A stretch of DNA of 64,000 bases, taken from NCBI GenBank assembly GCA_009914755.4, contig CP068257.2:32128001-32192000 (forward strand), given 5' to 3'. This stretch comes from the human T2T-CHM13v2.0 reference genome, Homo sapiens. Positions 48,250 to 63,890 of this stretch are shown piece by piece. Within the stretch, counting starts at the first letter, position 1. Each line of letters opens with the position of its first letter. The notes under the pieces were generated by a model, which ran no database searches, was not told the DNA's origin, and saw only the letters and a list, made by a program, of their open reading frames with translations. The position numbers and the translations under genes were made by a program.

Positions 48250-48949
48250 GTGAGTCTTCTTTGGATTGTGGACTCATCTGGAAGGAACTTTGAGGATTTA
48301 CTATTCTTTGCTTGGCTTCTCCAAGTAGTTACTGCACCAGAAAGAGCCTTCAGTCTTTAGTGTGCATGTGAAGTGTGAGTGCAAACACAAACACGTGTAT
48401 ATATGAATCTTTGCATGTATCAGTACCCTCTGAAGTTTTTGGTTGGTTCCCAGAGCTCTCTCAAGCTACTACTATGTAGATAAATGGAATTATACAAGGA
48501 AATTGGGACACTTGGTGTGCTCATTTGCATGCTAATGGCCAGTTCACAGCCTTTTACTAACAGCTAACAGGGGTTGGAGTGCCTGGTTTAAAATCCAAGC
48601 CACTGAGCTAGTGCCCCACACAGGGCTTCTCCAGCAGGGTCAGGGTGGGCCTCTTCTGTTTTTCAACTGCAAATTAAACTTTAGTACAAAAGGGGGAAAT
48701 TTGCCACCGCTGCTTAGTGTGTAGGATACAGACATGTTTTTATCTGTTTTTGTTTGAAGATTTATTTGTGATATTTTTATTTTTACTTGTAACTTACTGT
48801 AGTAAATTGTAGAAATTTGTGTCTGATTTTGTTACTGGGTATTTGCCTTTTAAATGTCAGTTAATTTTAGACTCCACGAAACAAAAATGACCAAATGTCC
48901 CAATGACAGCCCCGTAAATTATAAAAGTTGGTAATTGAAATTAGATTAA

Positions 48950-49234
<285 letters not shown>

Positions 49235-49664
49235 TTAGATTAAAAAGGCGAAGAAACGGATACTTGAGGCAAGTCATTGACTTTAGTGGGCTGAGTTCAG
49301 TTAACCTGCCAAGAGCTGTGCATACTTTCTTATGGGTATATAGAGTCTTCTGTTTGTTTTTCAGTGCCAGTGGGGAGGTATCTGGGGTCCCAGACCAATT
49401 TACAGGATTGTTTTATGGTTTTCTTGGGGGTCAGACTAAGGATCTCCTCCTTGGATGTTGATTAACTCCATCCTTTTCTTACCCCCAGAGTTTATAAAAT
49501 GCTTTTATTATTCACACTATACCACACTGAACTGTTAAATTCCTACAGTGTAGAAATAAACATAAAATACAGAAAAATACATAAAATAGCATAATACAGA
49601 AAATAGCATAAAAATATAATATGGAATATGTATTCCAATTATATAGATAAAAACTGCAAATTAA

Positions 49665-50052
<388 letters not shown>

Positions 50053-50289
50053 ACTGTTTTTATTATGGTTTTTTTGTTGTCATGAATAACCATATCCTTA
50101 CCCCTCCAAAAAATGTTTTTATACTTTCTTAAAAGACATTTTAAAAATTGTAAATAAAATGTTTAAGATTTAAGTTTAAAGACTTCTGCATTAAAATATC
50201 ACATTCATACAGAGTAGAAATAAATGTAATTTTTTGACAATGGAGAATAAAAGTATAATTTGTTTCAATTATGTTCCCGTGGCAGATTC

Positions 50290-50530
50290 CTAATTCTAGC
50301 CGATGACCTGTGTGCGTTAGCCATGTCACAGGATGGCAGTTCAGGGTGGAGACTCTGGGACCAGGCTGCCTGGGATTGAAGCCCATGCATGTATGGCTGT
50401 GTGACGTGGACAAGTCATTTAATATCTCTGCCCCAGCTTCCTCATTTGTAAAATAGGAGTAATACTAGGACTACCAACCTGATTCGCAGTTTAAAGGAGT
50501 TAATATATGGGGAGCTAGTTATTATTATGT
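50290..50530 (+). mobile_element. MIR (mammalian-wide interspersed repeat) SINE fragment
   Basis: …GCTGTGTGACGTGGACAAGTCATTTAATATCTCTGCCCCAGCTTCCTCATTTGTAAAATAGGAGTAATACTAGGACTACC… matches the MIR core (GCTGTGTGACCTTGGGCAAGTCACTTAACCTCTCTGNGCCTCAGTTTCCTCATCTGTAAAATGGGGATAATAATA). Confidence 0.6.
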
Positions 50531-51160
50531 CATTTGTTATTACATATTAGTTTCATTTAAAGTATTTTCTGACTTTATAAAGTATTATGGAATGAGAAAA
50601 ATCATTCTCAGTCTTTTACTGTGGGTTTCAGGTTGAGGCCATCAAAAATTTCAAGGCCTAGATTTAATTACAATTATCTATTTGTGGTAGCTACTTTGAA
50701 AAACAAAATCAAAGTAGTTGAAGTCAATAAAACAATCCCTTGCTTTCAACTTCAGGTTTGGGGAGCAATGTGTGTGCATGTAAATGTGTTGTTCCCTTTG
50801 CTGGGGGGAAATTTTTACAGTGTTGGGTGTATTTTATTTTTATAGAAGTTATGTTCTCTGTGTTTTATGGCTTTGTTTGTTTGTTTTGTCAGTTTAATAC
50901 CAGCTTTATTATTAAGAAGTATTTTTCTTATTCTTGTAACCACTTTGTAAAATACATCAGAAATTTTCTGTGTTTTCCTAAATCATGTGATTTCTTCTCA
51001 TTCAGAACTGGAGCCCTGATTCAGTTGCCCCATCTGAACAACAATGTTCCCTTGATGTTCCCATCCCATTTACTGGATGGAGCTTTTTTTGTGAAAAGAG
51101 GCAACAGTAGTGTTAACTTAGAGTTGCTTTCTTGCTGTAATCAAGCGTGTTTGTTGGCAG

Positions 51161-51390
51161 ACGAGCTCAGGAAAGGGACAAGCAGTGGCTGGAGCATGTG
51201 CAGCAGGAGGACGAGCATCAGAGACCAAGAAAACTCCACGAAGAGGAAAAACTGAAAAGGGAGGAGAGTGTCAAAAAGAAGGATGGCGAGGAAAAAGGCA
51301 AACAGGAAGCACAAGACAAGCTGGGTCGGCTTTTCCATCAACACCAAGAACCAGCTAAGCCAGCTGTCCAGGCACCCTGGTCCACTGCAG
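51161..51390 (+). CDS. ITSN1: ITSN1 coding exon (tent. exon 18), end of coiled-coil: (R)[76 protein letters not shown](E)
   Basis: Acceptor tgtttgttggcAG at 51159-51160, donor GTATTA at 51391. 230 nt, in frame with both neighbours. Confidence 0.88.
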
Positions 51391-51852
51391 GTATTAGAAG
51401 CCAAAAATAATTATAGAAAATAAGTCATCTTCTCTCCCAGAGCCTCCTGAAAAATGCCCCTATCTCATCAGTACCTGTCTTGGCTACATTAACAGATGAG
51501 AACGTCAGTCTCTTATTTTGAGCATGGCCAGCTCTTCTTTCCCCAGGGTCATTTGAGATCTGTGTAATTCTCCCACCACCATGCCAGCCTCTGGCCCACG
51601 TTACACTGGCATCCACGAGTCCTCTACGGAGCTAACAAGTGGCGTGAAGTTCCAGTGGTCTTATATGCTGCAAAAGAACCTGCTGTTTCTCTGGTTTGTT
51701 ATTTCCCTCCCTGGAATTTCTGAGCTGTTTCTGCAACAGAAAGTGGCACCTTTCACCCTTGCCTCCACTGATGGGGCATTCGCTGTCTTCGGTCTGCATT
51801 GCATAAAACTGCTTTTACTTTTTGAAAAATGTAAAAGCATAATTTGCCTTTT

Positions 51853-52181
<329 letters not shown>

Positions 52182-53589
52182 TAATTTGCCTTTTTTTTTT
52201 AAAAAAGGGATAAATGAAAGACTGAACAAAAAGATAAATGAAAGACCAATCTAATCGGAATAGCTAGAAAAAGCTATCCTTTATAATATCTGATGTGAGC
52301 TAGAATGTATTTAAGATTCTTGTGTGGTTGTGTGATTGTACAGTTTTGCAAATAATGTTCAGTGGAAGCAAGTCATTGCTTTTTCTTTGTGTGGTAAATT
52401 ATACCAGTTTTGCTTGGTCATCCATGTGCTTCTTTAGTGCTTCAGTATACAGAAAGAAAAGAAAGAAAAAACACTTTCAAGCTATTCTGTAAAGGTTTAC
52501 TGGTCCCCAGCTACATAGTGGGCAGAGATGGGCGTGAGGTATGGAGTTGCATTAGGCACCTACCTGCCTTCAGATGCATGCAGTCCAGGGGAAAGACTGG
52601 CAGGTCATCAGACCTACAGAGTAGCAACCATGTCATAGGAGGGGCAAATTAATTTTTTGATAGTTTTTTTTTTAATCTGAAAATAATTTCACCATTGATC
52701 TTAGGAAGTTAGTTTAAGTTCTTCATGCGTCCTCCTAGTATAAGATGAGGATTTATTTTTCCCCTTCAGTCAGTAGGAAATCTTGCATGTCATACAGTTC
52801 AAAATCATGTGGAGATAATACTTCCCCCTCGTTGCTTTTCAGATAAGATAGGTATATGTCAAAATACTTGTAGCTCTTGAGTAAAAATGCCCAAAGGTCT
52901 GTTACTAGTTTTTGCTAACCAGAATCCAAAATATCCTCCGCTCATGTGCATTTTTAAACATTTTATTTCATGTAAAATCTAAATTATTTTCATCTAGGTT
53001 TCATCCTTAGGCTAATTATTTCCCAAAGAAATGTAGAGGAAGAGTGTCTTCATCGGGGATTATCAGTATAACCAAAATCAGCACTTAGTTTTTATATGAC
53101 CAGGTTAAAGAGCCTAAAACATCTGCATTTTCATGTTTCAGTATGGAAACTGGTGCCTCTGTTCCCTCCCAAACAAGTTGACTCCTTGGCTGATTCAGAC
53201 TTTGGGTCATATCCTAACTGCTACATTGTACTCAACACACTGGGTAGGGAGGAGGGCGGGTATTGATGCTTTACAGATCTGCACTGCTGGAGCCCAAGGA
53301 AAGAGGCAGAGACAAGGGACCTTTAGGCAGCCTCGCCGCACCCAGGCTTGGAGTGACCTTTGTTTAGAGAGAGTCACTAATGAACTCTCTCATGGGTTTT
53401 TGTTGCTGACGTCAGATTTGGCTGTGCTTTGGCATTCAGTATGTGTTTCAGAAATTCCTTGAATGGAGGGAAATAGTTCAGAGGTTAAGATAGGCAATAG
53501 AGGAGAGGTTAGTTGTTTGGCTTGTTGTCATACATTTGTGTTCTCTGTAATTATTTATTTTTGTCCCCCCCACCTTTTTTTGTAAACAG

Positions 53590-53711
53590 AAAAAGGTCCA
53601 CTTACCATTTCTGCACAGGAAAATGTAAAAGTGGTGTATTACCGGGCACTGTACCCCTTTGAATCCAGAAGCCATGATGAAATCACTATCCAGCCAGGAG
53701 ACATAGTCATG
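53590..53711 (+). CDS. ITSN1: ITSN1 coding exon (tent. exon 19), SH3A domain N-terminal half: (E)[40 protein letters not shown]
   Basis: Acceptor ttgtcccccccacctttttttgtaaacAG at 53588-53589, donor GTAAGA at 53712. ALYPFE…[11 protein letters not shown] is a canonical SH3 start (ALYDY-like motif). Confidence 0.9.
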
Positions 53712-54063
53712 GTAAGAAAGACTCCAGTGAGAGGGTCATTTCTGTTGAAGATTAGCCTCTGTCCTCTTTTTTTCACTTTATTCAACAATTGTGAGATTGT
53801 CAGTGAGTATGAAACCCAATAATCCAGCATCTAGATTTTTAAAGTATAAGCTCAATCTTCTTTCTTTTCTATTAAAATGAAAGATGGCATTTAAAAAAAT
53901 GTATCCTAACATCATTTTAAAATTGAGTTGATAAAGACAGTGTGTTCTTATTTTTAAATCTATAAATGTCTGATAATTTCAGAGTTTAGATTACTACTTA
54001 TATACTATGAGTATACATATATATGTAATACATATATTTTATATATGATGTATAGACAATATA

Positions 54064-54136
54064 TATACTAGTGTGCGTGTGTATATATATGTGTATGTAT
54101 AATATATACTAGTGTGCGTGTGTGTATATATGTACA
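54064..54136. repeat. TA/CA-rich low-complexity region containing a duplicated ~33-bp block (ATATATACTAGTGTGCGTGTGT(GT)ATATATATGT)
   Basis: Two copies, 54061-54092 and 54102-54136, read directly. Confidence 0.8.
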
Positions 54137-54594
54137 CATATATATACACACACAAAAGGATCCTCCAAGGTGGAAGGAGGCCAGGAGTCTTTAAGAAATA
54201 GTTATAAGTGCAAAACACTCTATCAAATCATTCTCATAATTGCAATAACTTTTGTATCTTTGCATCAAAGCATCTTTTTTCCCTTTAATTATGTGAACTT
54301 TTAATTATGTAAAAAGAGTAATGAATTATACAGTTAATCTGCTTTCCTACTTTGTAACAGAAAATAGTTTAGAATTTTGCTTTGTTATTGTTTCTTTCCT
54401 TGAACTAATAATCATTTTATGATGTGACTAAAACTATAGGAACCAGTTTAAGAAAGAAAATCAGACATGGTTGATCTAAATCATTTTCTAAAAGAAAATA
54501 GTAGTTCCTTGTTCTAGTTACTCTCTTTAGAGTCTTAGAAGTAGTCAACTCTGCATTACTCTTAACATTTTTTTTTTTTTTAAAGATAATTTAG

Positions 54595-54970
54595 ATTTTT
54601 TTTTTGTTGTGGTTGACACAAGTTCTCACTCTGTTGCCCAGGCTGGAGTGCAGTGGTGTGATATTGGCTCACTGCAACCTCTGCCTCCCTGCAACCTCTG
54701 CCTCCCTGCAACCTCTGCCTCCCTGCAACCTCTGCCTCCCTGCAACCTCTGCCTCCCGGGCTCAAGCAAAGCGATTCTCCCACCTCATCCTCCCAACTAG
54801 CTGGAACCACAGGCGTGCACCACCATGCCCAGCTAATTTTTGTAATTTTTATAGAGATAGGGTTTCTCCGTGTTGCCCAGGCTGGTCTTGAATTGCCTGG
54901 GCTCAAACGATCCTCCCAGGTCAGCCTCCCAAAGTGCTGAAATTACAGGCATGAGCCACCATGCCTGGCC
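54595..54970 (-). mobile_element. Alu SINE, antisense, carrying an internal 18-bp x5 tandem expansion
   Basis: T-rich start GTTGTGGTTGACACAAGTTCTCACTCTGTTGCCCAGGCTGGAGTGCAGTGG … (CTGCAACCTCTGCCTCCC)x5 … GAGCCACCATGCCTGGCC. Confidence 0.9.
54672..54761. repeat. Perfect 18-bp minisatellite (CTGCAACCTCTGCCTCCC) x5 inside an antisense Alu
   Basis: Five identical consecutive units (90 bp) read directly. Confidence 0.95.
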
Positions 54971-55264
54971 TAGAATTTGTAAAGAACTGTGAAAGTTAAC
55001 AATTGAAACAAACATGTTTCTTACCCAAGGACTGTATGTCTTTGAAGTATAAAGGGTGGTGTACAGGTGATTTTACTATTACTCATGCATTCATCTTGCC
55101 ATATACACATCATATCTGTGGATCTTTAATAGGCTAAAATACCTAGAAATAACAATATGTTTGGCACTTAGAGAAATGAATTCCTGTGTCCCCTTTTTTC
55201 CTAATAGCTGCTTTCTCTGTAATTACCATGGGCTAGAAGAAGCAAGGCCAAACATCCCAAATTA

Positions 55265-55478
55265 TTTTTTCTTTTTTTTGAGACAGGGTCTCACTCTGTC
55301 ACCTAGGCCAGAGTGCAGTGGCATGATCTTGGCTCACTGCAGTTTCCACCTCCCAGGCTCAAGTGATCCTCCTGCCTCAGCCTCCTGAGTAGCTCAGAGG
55401 CGTGTGCCACCACACCGAGCTAATTTTTATTTTTTTACATTTTGTAGAGACAGAGTCTCCCTATGTTGCCCAGGCTCC
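55265..55478 (-). mobile_element. Alu SINE, antisense, truncated
   Basis: T-rich start GAGACAGGGTCTCACTCTGTCACCTAGGCCAGAGTGCAGTGGCATG … TTGTAGAGACAGAGTCTCCCTATGTTGCCCAGGCTCCAG. Confidence 0.85.
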
Positions 55479-56196
55479 AGATCTTTAAAAGTTAAAATCA
55501 CCTTAACAGTAGCAAAAACCTCTTCAAGTATACTCCATGGCTTCATTCAGCACACAGTTATTGACTGAAACATGCTGGGTGCCAGCCTTACTCATCCTTT
55601 ACAGAAAGAACTGTTGGTTTGGGCATGCCACTCTGTACACACAAATGGTAACTTGAGCCAGCGGGGTGTGTTTCTGTCAGCTTTCCTCTGACTTCACCAC
55701 CTGCTGTTTCCTACACCGTGGTTTCTGATAGCCTGAAGCTACTTTACTCATACTGCCTCATATTTGAAGTAGTGTATCCTGTAAAGCAGATTAATTGTAA
55801 AATATGTAAACACCATATAATAGGAATCTAAAATTTCTGAAAATACAATGTCACATCAGTGAGGACCTCATTACAATTTTTTTTTTAATGTTAAACAAAC
55901 CAGCCTAATATTTTTGAAACTGGATTTTGTTGCAACACAAGGTGCAGAGAAGCAGCTCGCTCTCATCCTAAAGTAAGGGAATGTTATGAAATGTGATGAT
56001 GAGGAAATGTTGCAGGTGATCTGTATCTTAATGAGAAAGTGTTGCTCTTTTTCGGGAACATATCTGGGCTTCACTTGTAATCCTAGGCCTGTTGAAACCT
56101 TTTCCTCGAATTGGCTAGTTAACCACCAGCTTGATGAGATGCGTAGAGTTTAGATATGCTGTAAGAATAAAGCATGTCATTAAACATATATTTTGC

Positions 56197-56220
56197 CTTG
56201 CTTTCAAACCTTTGCTTTCC
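56197..56220 (+). promoter_or_regulatory. ITSN1: Two UUGCUUUC (UGC-containing) motifs in the polypyrimidine tract 15 and 29 nt upstream of the microexon 3' splice site; putative SRRM4/nSR100-type neural microexon enhancer
   Basis: ccTTGCTTTCaaaccTTTGCTTTCctggtggAG|GTT; UGC at 56199-56201 and 56213-56215. A GCATG pentamer sits at 56172-56176. Confidence 0.5.
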
Positions 56221-56228
56221 TGGTGGAG

Positions 56229-56243
56229 GTTAAAGGGGAATGG
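56229..56243 (+). CDS. ITSN1: ITSN1 15-nt neuron-specific microexon (exon 20) inserting VKGEW into SH3A: GTTAAAGGGGAATGG
   Basis: Acceptor ctttgctttcctggtggAG at 56227-56228, donor GTAAGT at 56244 (perfect consensus). Phase 0 on both sides. VKGEW follows …DIVM in the neuronal ITSN1 isoform (…IVMVKGEWVDESQTGEPGW…). Confidence 0.9.
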
Positions 56244-59200
56244 GTAAGTGTTGCCTAACTGTCAGGAAGTCTGCATCTTATTCAATGTTTTGTCCTTTTA
56301 AGTCACTTGAATTCTGTGTAAGTACACGTATCTCTGGGTGTTGTTGCGGCAGTAAAAATGTGTTTGAGTCTGTGTAGTAGGTTGTGCTTTTTAAAAAAAA
56401 AGTAAGTCGTAAGTCTTCTCAGTTTGTGTACTGGGTTTCTTTTTGTTAGATTCCTTTTAAGGACTAACTTGAATGCTCTGTGTTTGGCAAGGGATTAGGT
56501 CAAGTCTCCATCTCAGGCCATAGACAAAAAGGAGTTCCAAGTAGATTAAACATAAAAGATAAAATTCTGGGAAAAAAATTTTTTTAAGCAGACTATTGGA
56601 ATAATTTTCTGGCTAAGAAAGGCCTTTTGAAGCTATAAAAACCAGAAGTCGTTAAGAGGCAAAAATGGACAGTCAACAATATGCAAAAATTAAAATGTCT
56701 ATGTTTCAAAATATATGAGACCAAGGGTTACATAAAGGGTTACCCCTGTTACATAAAGATTCCGAACAGTTCACTTTGAAAGACACCCACAAGCCTTAAA
56801 CAATTGGCAGAGGGTGGGAAGGGACATTCACAGATGAAGTAAAAAGTCAGTTATTTAAAAAATACATGAAAAGATGCTTAGCTTCTTGGGTGATCAGAAA
56901 AATGCAAGTTATAAAACAAAATAGCATTGTTCCTCTGTCAAATGAGCAAGTTTAAAAGTCTGGTAATATCCAGCTTTGTCAAGAGTATAGGACAGTGGAT
57001 ATAATATACATTGTTAGCATGGTTGTATAAATTGGTTAAGCGATTTGGAAGGCAATTTGGCAGTGCCTGTTTAGATTTAAAATTCTCGTTCCCTCTGCCC
57101 CAGAAATTCTATTTTTCTCCTTCCTCTCATTCTTCTCCTTCCTCTTTTGGGCACATGCACAAATATGTGTGTACATGGATGTTCACTGCAGTGGTGTTGG
57201 TAAAAGCAAATAAACAGCCCAATGTCCATCAGTAAAGGGATGGCTTAAATAAATTATGATACAGCTAAAAAATACAATGAAGATTAAAACTTATGTAGAT
57301 CACATATACACATAAGATTTCCATCAAAAAAGCAGAATATGTGCAGCATAATTGCATTTTGGTTCGAAATAAAACTATATATGTATTCATGTGTTTATGT
57401 ATAGTTAACAGTTTTGAAATATATATATCAAACTGTTAACAATGGTTACCACTGGGCAGTAAAGAAGGGGCTTTCGTGTTGAATTTTATAGACTTCTATG
57501 TTATTTTCATTTTTATAAATGTATCTAATTTGTAATTTTTAATAAAACAAAATAAATTCAAGGACAAGTATATTAGAGAGTATCTACTCAGGACTGTAAT
57601 AATGTTTATTATATCTCAGACCTCCCAAATATGTAATGAAATGTAGAATGTACTACTAGGCATAATTCGTTGGCTTGCAGAAGGGACAGCAGTGTTTCGA
57701 TTTTGTACTACAAAATGCATTGTGATACTCCAGGTGCCATTCAGCTGTGTTATCTTTGTGAGGATAACAGTCAATGCAAAAAGATAGATATTGACATCTA
57801 ATAGCAACAGGTTTGTATTTTTTTAATTTCATGAATTTTGCAGTTAACAAATGATGAGCATGAGACATGTAGTACAACATTACTGTCAGTCTCCCTAGGT
57901 TGAAAAATCCGGGGTTCACTTATACTTTTGTGGGCACAGTCATCAGATTCTCAGATTCCTCAAACGTCTTTGGGACATAGCTTACTATAATATGTTCGAT
58001 TTTTAGAAGTCTAACATTGTGACAGTGTTTTTTAATGTAGGCAGTCTTAGCCTTAAAAATATTTTGTTTTTAGAAAAACTTAGCCTGGTTTTATCCAAAA
58101 CTATAATTTTTCATGTTTAACAAAAATTTAATGTGGTACCTTGTATATAGCACTATTCTCAGCACTGTAGATAATAGAAAATTATCAAGTCTGCCATTCA
58201 TATGTTTAAAATCTTTTTAGAAAAATCTAGAGAAACACATGAAAAGGCCAACATGTGATGAAGTTCTCAATAAACATTCACTAACTCTGCTAGGAATTTA
58301 AAAGAGGAGAGGAATCAGTGTAAAGTGATGTGCTCAGGGAAGACCAAATGCTTTCAATTGAGTCTGACCTTGATGGCTAAGGCTTAGATGCGTAGAAAAT
58401 ACATGGCCTCTCTTGATCTGGAACTCCCAATACTTGGAGGGTGAATTAAATCAAATTTGACATCCGTAACATGTTAGTAGAACATAAGAAATGAGAAGAC
58501 CTATGCTCACTGCTGTTTTGTTGAAGTTTATCTTGAGAACACAGGCTGAGTGTCTAAATCAGTACAATCTTTTGGCTTTCATGGGCCACATTGCAAGAAT
58601 TGTCTTAGGCTGCACATAAAATACACTAACACTAATAATAGCTGATGAACTTCAAAAAAAAGCTTGCAAAAAAAACTCATAATGTTTTAAGAAAGCTTAC
58701 GAATTTGTGTTGGGCCTCATTAAAAGCTGTCCTGGGCCACATGCAGCCAGTGGGTTGCGGGTTGGACAAGCTTGGTTTAAATGCTTATCCTTGGACTGGT
58801 ACAGGCCTGAATGCATCCAGATTGCTGAGGGAGCTTCCAAAAAATAACCATGCCAGGGCTCATCCCCAGAGATTCTGAGAACTCTACTGCATATACAGCC
58901 TTCAGAAGTCTGACCAGGTGGTTCTGTTAGGTAGTCAATTTCAGGAACCGCTGATCTAACCTAATCTCTTTTTCACGTCAGGACTAATCCTAAATCATTT
59001 CTAGAAAATATCCTCTTAAAAATATCCAAAGAAGAATGGACTTCTTTAGTAGTTATCAGTCATTAGCCAGTCAGTTCATTCTGGAAATTGTTTGTCTTAG
59101 TGTTACTCTTATAACAATTTTTAACTCATTCTTTTCCTTTTCTTCTCCTGACAGACATTTTTTTAAATGTAGCCAACAATACCTTTTTCCTCTACCTTCC

Positions 59201-59405
59201 ATAGATTTCCATAGATTAAACATCAGAAAGTATCTCATTTAGTAACAACTGGCCATAATATCACTGCAGTTTTGAGGGACCAGTATACACGATTACAGGG
59301 TTGGCTCAAATCTGGCCCAATCACTGCCTGTTTTATAATAAAGTTTTATTGGAACACAGCCAGGCTCCTTCATTCACATATTGTGTGCTACAGTGGCGGA
59401 TTTGA

Positions 59406-60064
<659 letters not shown>

Positions 60065-61044
60065 TCAAAACCGGCAAATCCATGGAAAATGTTTTACTAC
60101 CTGCACTCCTCAACACATCCCATGCAGCCACTGTCAGCTGGTCTGAATACACAGGCTAAACCTGTTTGCTACACTTGTTTATCATGTTCTATGAGGGGAA
60201 AAAGGAATTTCTGCTTCCCCCCTTTGTGACAAGGTCAGAGATTTTAGAAATATTAATCTTACCTAATGAAGATGGCAGCCATGGAGCATATAAAAATTGA
60301 GAAAAGAGGTGTAATATCATCGGCCTTTGCCAAACGGACTTGAAGCTGAAGTGGCTGCTGTGTATATTTGACTGTTGCATCAGCGAGCTACAATATGCAG
60401 TGTGTAATTACTAACATTTAGTAGAGCAGCTCTGTAACATAGTCCCAGAAATGTGAGCAATATCTGGTGTTTGTACTTCGCTTAAATGATGTTTCACTAG
60501 AATTACCCCCAAATACGTTGGGGTGTTACAGTGTGCCTGATAAATGAAATTGTATTGAGACCAAAATTGTTAATAATAACATCTCCCTTATAGCCCCCAG
60601 TAGGTAAATGTACATTGTGTAAAAGTCCACGTTGGAACCAGTCATATTACAAAGCAGTTTGTGTTCCTATTTCTTGGTCTGCCATAATCTTATGTTTTCC
60701 AAAATTGGATTGGCATTTTGGGTAGTTTTCCAAATCCAAGAAGAAATATTTTTCATTTTCATATGTTGACCTTTGTGCCCTTTCTAAGTGGTTAATTTAA
60801 TTTAGGTGTTAAGAATGAAAGTCTCTTACAGCCCCTGAACCTTAAAATGTAATAATTTATTAAAATTGATGTATACTTGTAAGAGTAAATTAAGCTAATT
60901 GAGACTATTGTTTGGGGGGCTGTTGAGACCAACAGATTTCTTTGCTTAAAAGTGAAATGCTGATTTCACTGTTATCCTTAGGGATGGGAGAAGCTCTTGC
61001 TTAAGGGGATAAGAGGCTGATATGGCCCCCTCCTTCACTCCTAG

Positions 61045-61422
<378 letters not shown>

Positions 61423-61702
61423 TAAAAGTCTTATTAACCAGTCAATACCCTGTGTTTCAAGGGAGTAACAATAGATCATGGGACATAATTAAGCAAAGCA
61501 GCTGACCTTTGAGGAGGTCCAAAATGAGCAGACGAGTAGGAGTTCCCGTCGATCAAGGGATCCACTTGAGCCCCTAAAGGATTGCTTATGGCAAGAAGGT
61601 AAACCTAGAGGGAGCAGAGGACCAGGCAGTTAGAGCAGGGAACTCCTGAACAGAGAAGCAGATTGTTACCTAGAGTGAAGGTAAAGTCAAGACCAGGCTT
61701 TT

Positions 61703-62004
<302 letters not shown>

Positions 62005-62101
62005 AGACCAGGCTTTTAGAATAGGACAGAAGCCCAAGTAGGAGAACTACAGCGCAACATCAGAGCTGGACAGCAGAAGAGAGAATTTAAAAAAAATATC
62101 T

Positions 62102-62560
<459 letters not shown>

Positions 62561-63565
62561 ACTAGCTCCTAAATTGAGACGGTCTAACTGCAGAGCCCTA
62601 TTCTTGATCATTACACTTTGCAGTCTTGACACTAAGTTATTGTGTGTTTGGCTCAAGCTCCTAACCCACTCCTGCCTGACATCACCTTTGGTCCTAGAAC
62701 CAAGGTGGCTGATCTTGACTATTGAACCTACTGAGAAGTCTGGCAGGACCTGGCTTGGATAGAGACAGCTATGTTTCCAGTGTGGAGCAAAGTTATAATG
62801 TGTCACCATATCACCAAAATGTAAACAAGGAAGGAAAGACATCTAGCCATTTGAGTTCAGCATAAAAGAAGATCCAAATGGGGGAAAATTTATCTTAAAT
62901 CCTCATCTAGAGAAACAGTTGGGGCTGCCCAGAAAAAGAACAGTAAGAACAAAACAATGACTGCAAAGTGGCTAGTGTGTTCATGTGGGTGTAAGTGTGA
63001 GCAGAAATGATAGAACTGTGAAGCCAAAAATTCAACCTTTGGAAGTGTTATTGCATTTTATACAAGGGAACTCCTTTTTTGGTTGTTTGGAGAATTCTCA
63101 GCTTTAAAAATTGCTTTTATCTGTGACAATAAAGATTCCCTAAAGTGGAGCAGCAAGCAGGCATCCCCTACTTGCTGAATATATTGTAAATAACAGGTAG
63201 AAATCAGAAGTAAGCCTTGCCTTGCATTCTGTTTTCTCCACCTCTACCCCAAACATTTGTTAATTCAAATAAGCTAATAAGTATTGAACCCTATTACTCA
63301 CTGTCCACTGAGTACATACAGATAGATGTTTGGTTTGTTTAATGTAATCATTTTTTGCTTTATTTTTAATTAATTTTTACTGAATACTTGAATGGATTAG
63401 ATAACTGGTATTTTTGTCAGATTTTTCCAAAATCATTGTTAAGACCCTGCCTACTCATGTCTGATTTCTAAGAAGCAACTTTAATTTCCAGTGAAGTGTT
63501 TGATGTTTTACTCCTTAGGCAGCATAGGAAGGGGTAAAAATAAGATATAAGGTTTCATAAGATAA

Positions 63566-63890
<325 letters not shown>

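Noticed and set aside
50740-51255. 171-aa plus-strand ORF overlapping the start of the exon at 51161
   Set aside because: It is in a different frame from the authenticated ITSN1 exon, and its upstream part is AT-rich intronic sequence of low complexity (FIFIEVMFSVFYGFVCLF…). Spurious.
54672-54761. CRISPR-like appearance of five identical 18-bp direct repeats
   Set aside because: The repeats are directly abutting with no spacers, lie inside an Alu, and the context is a human intron. This is a minisatellite, not a CRISPR array.
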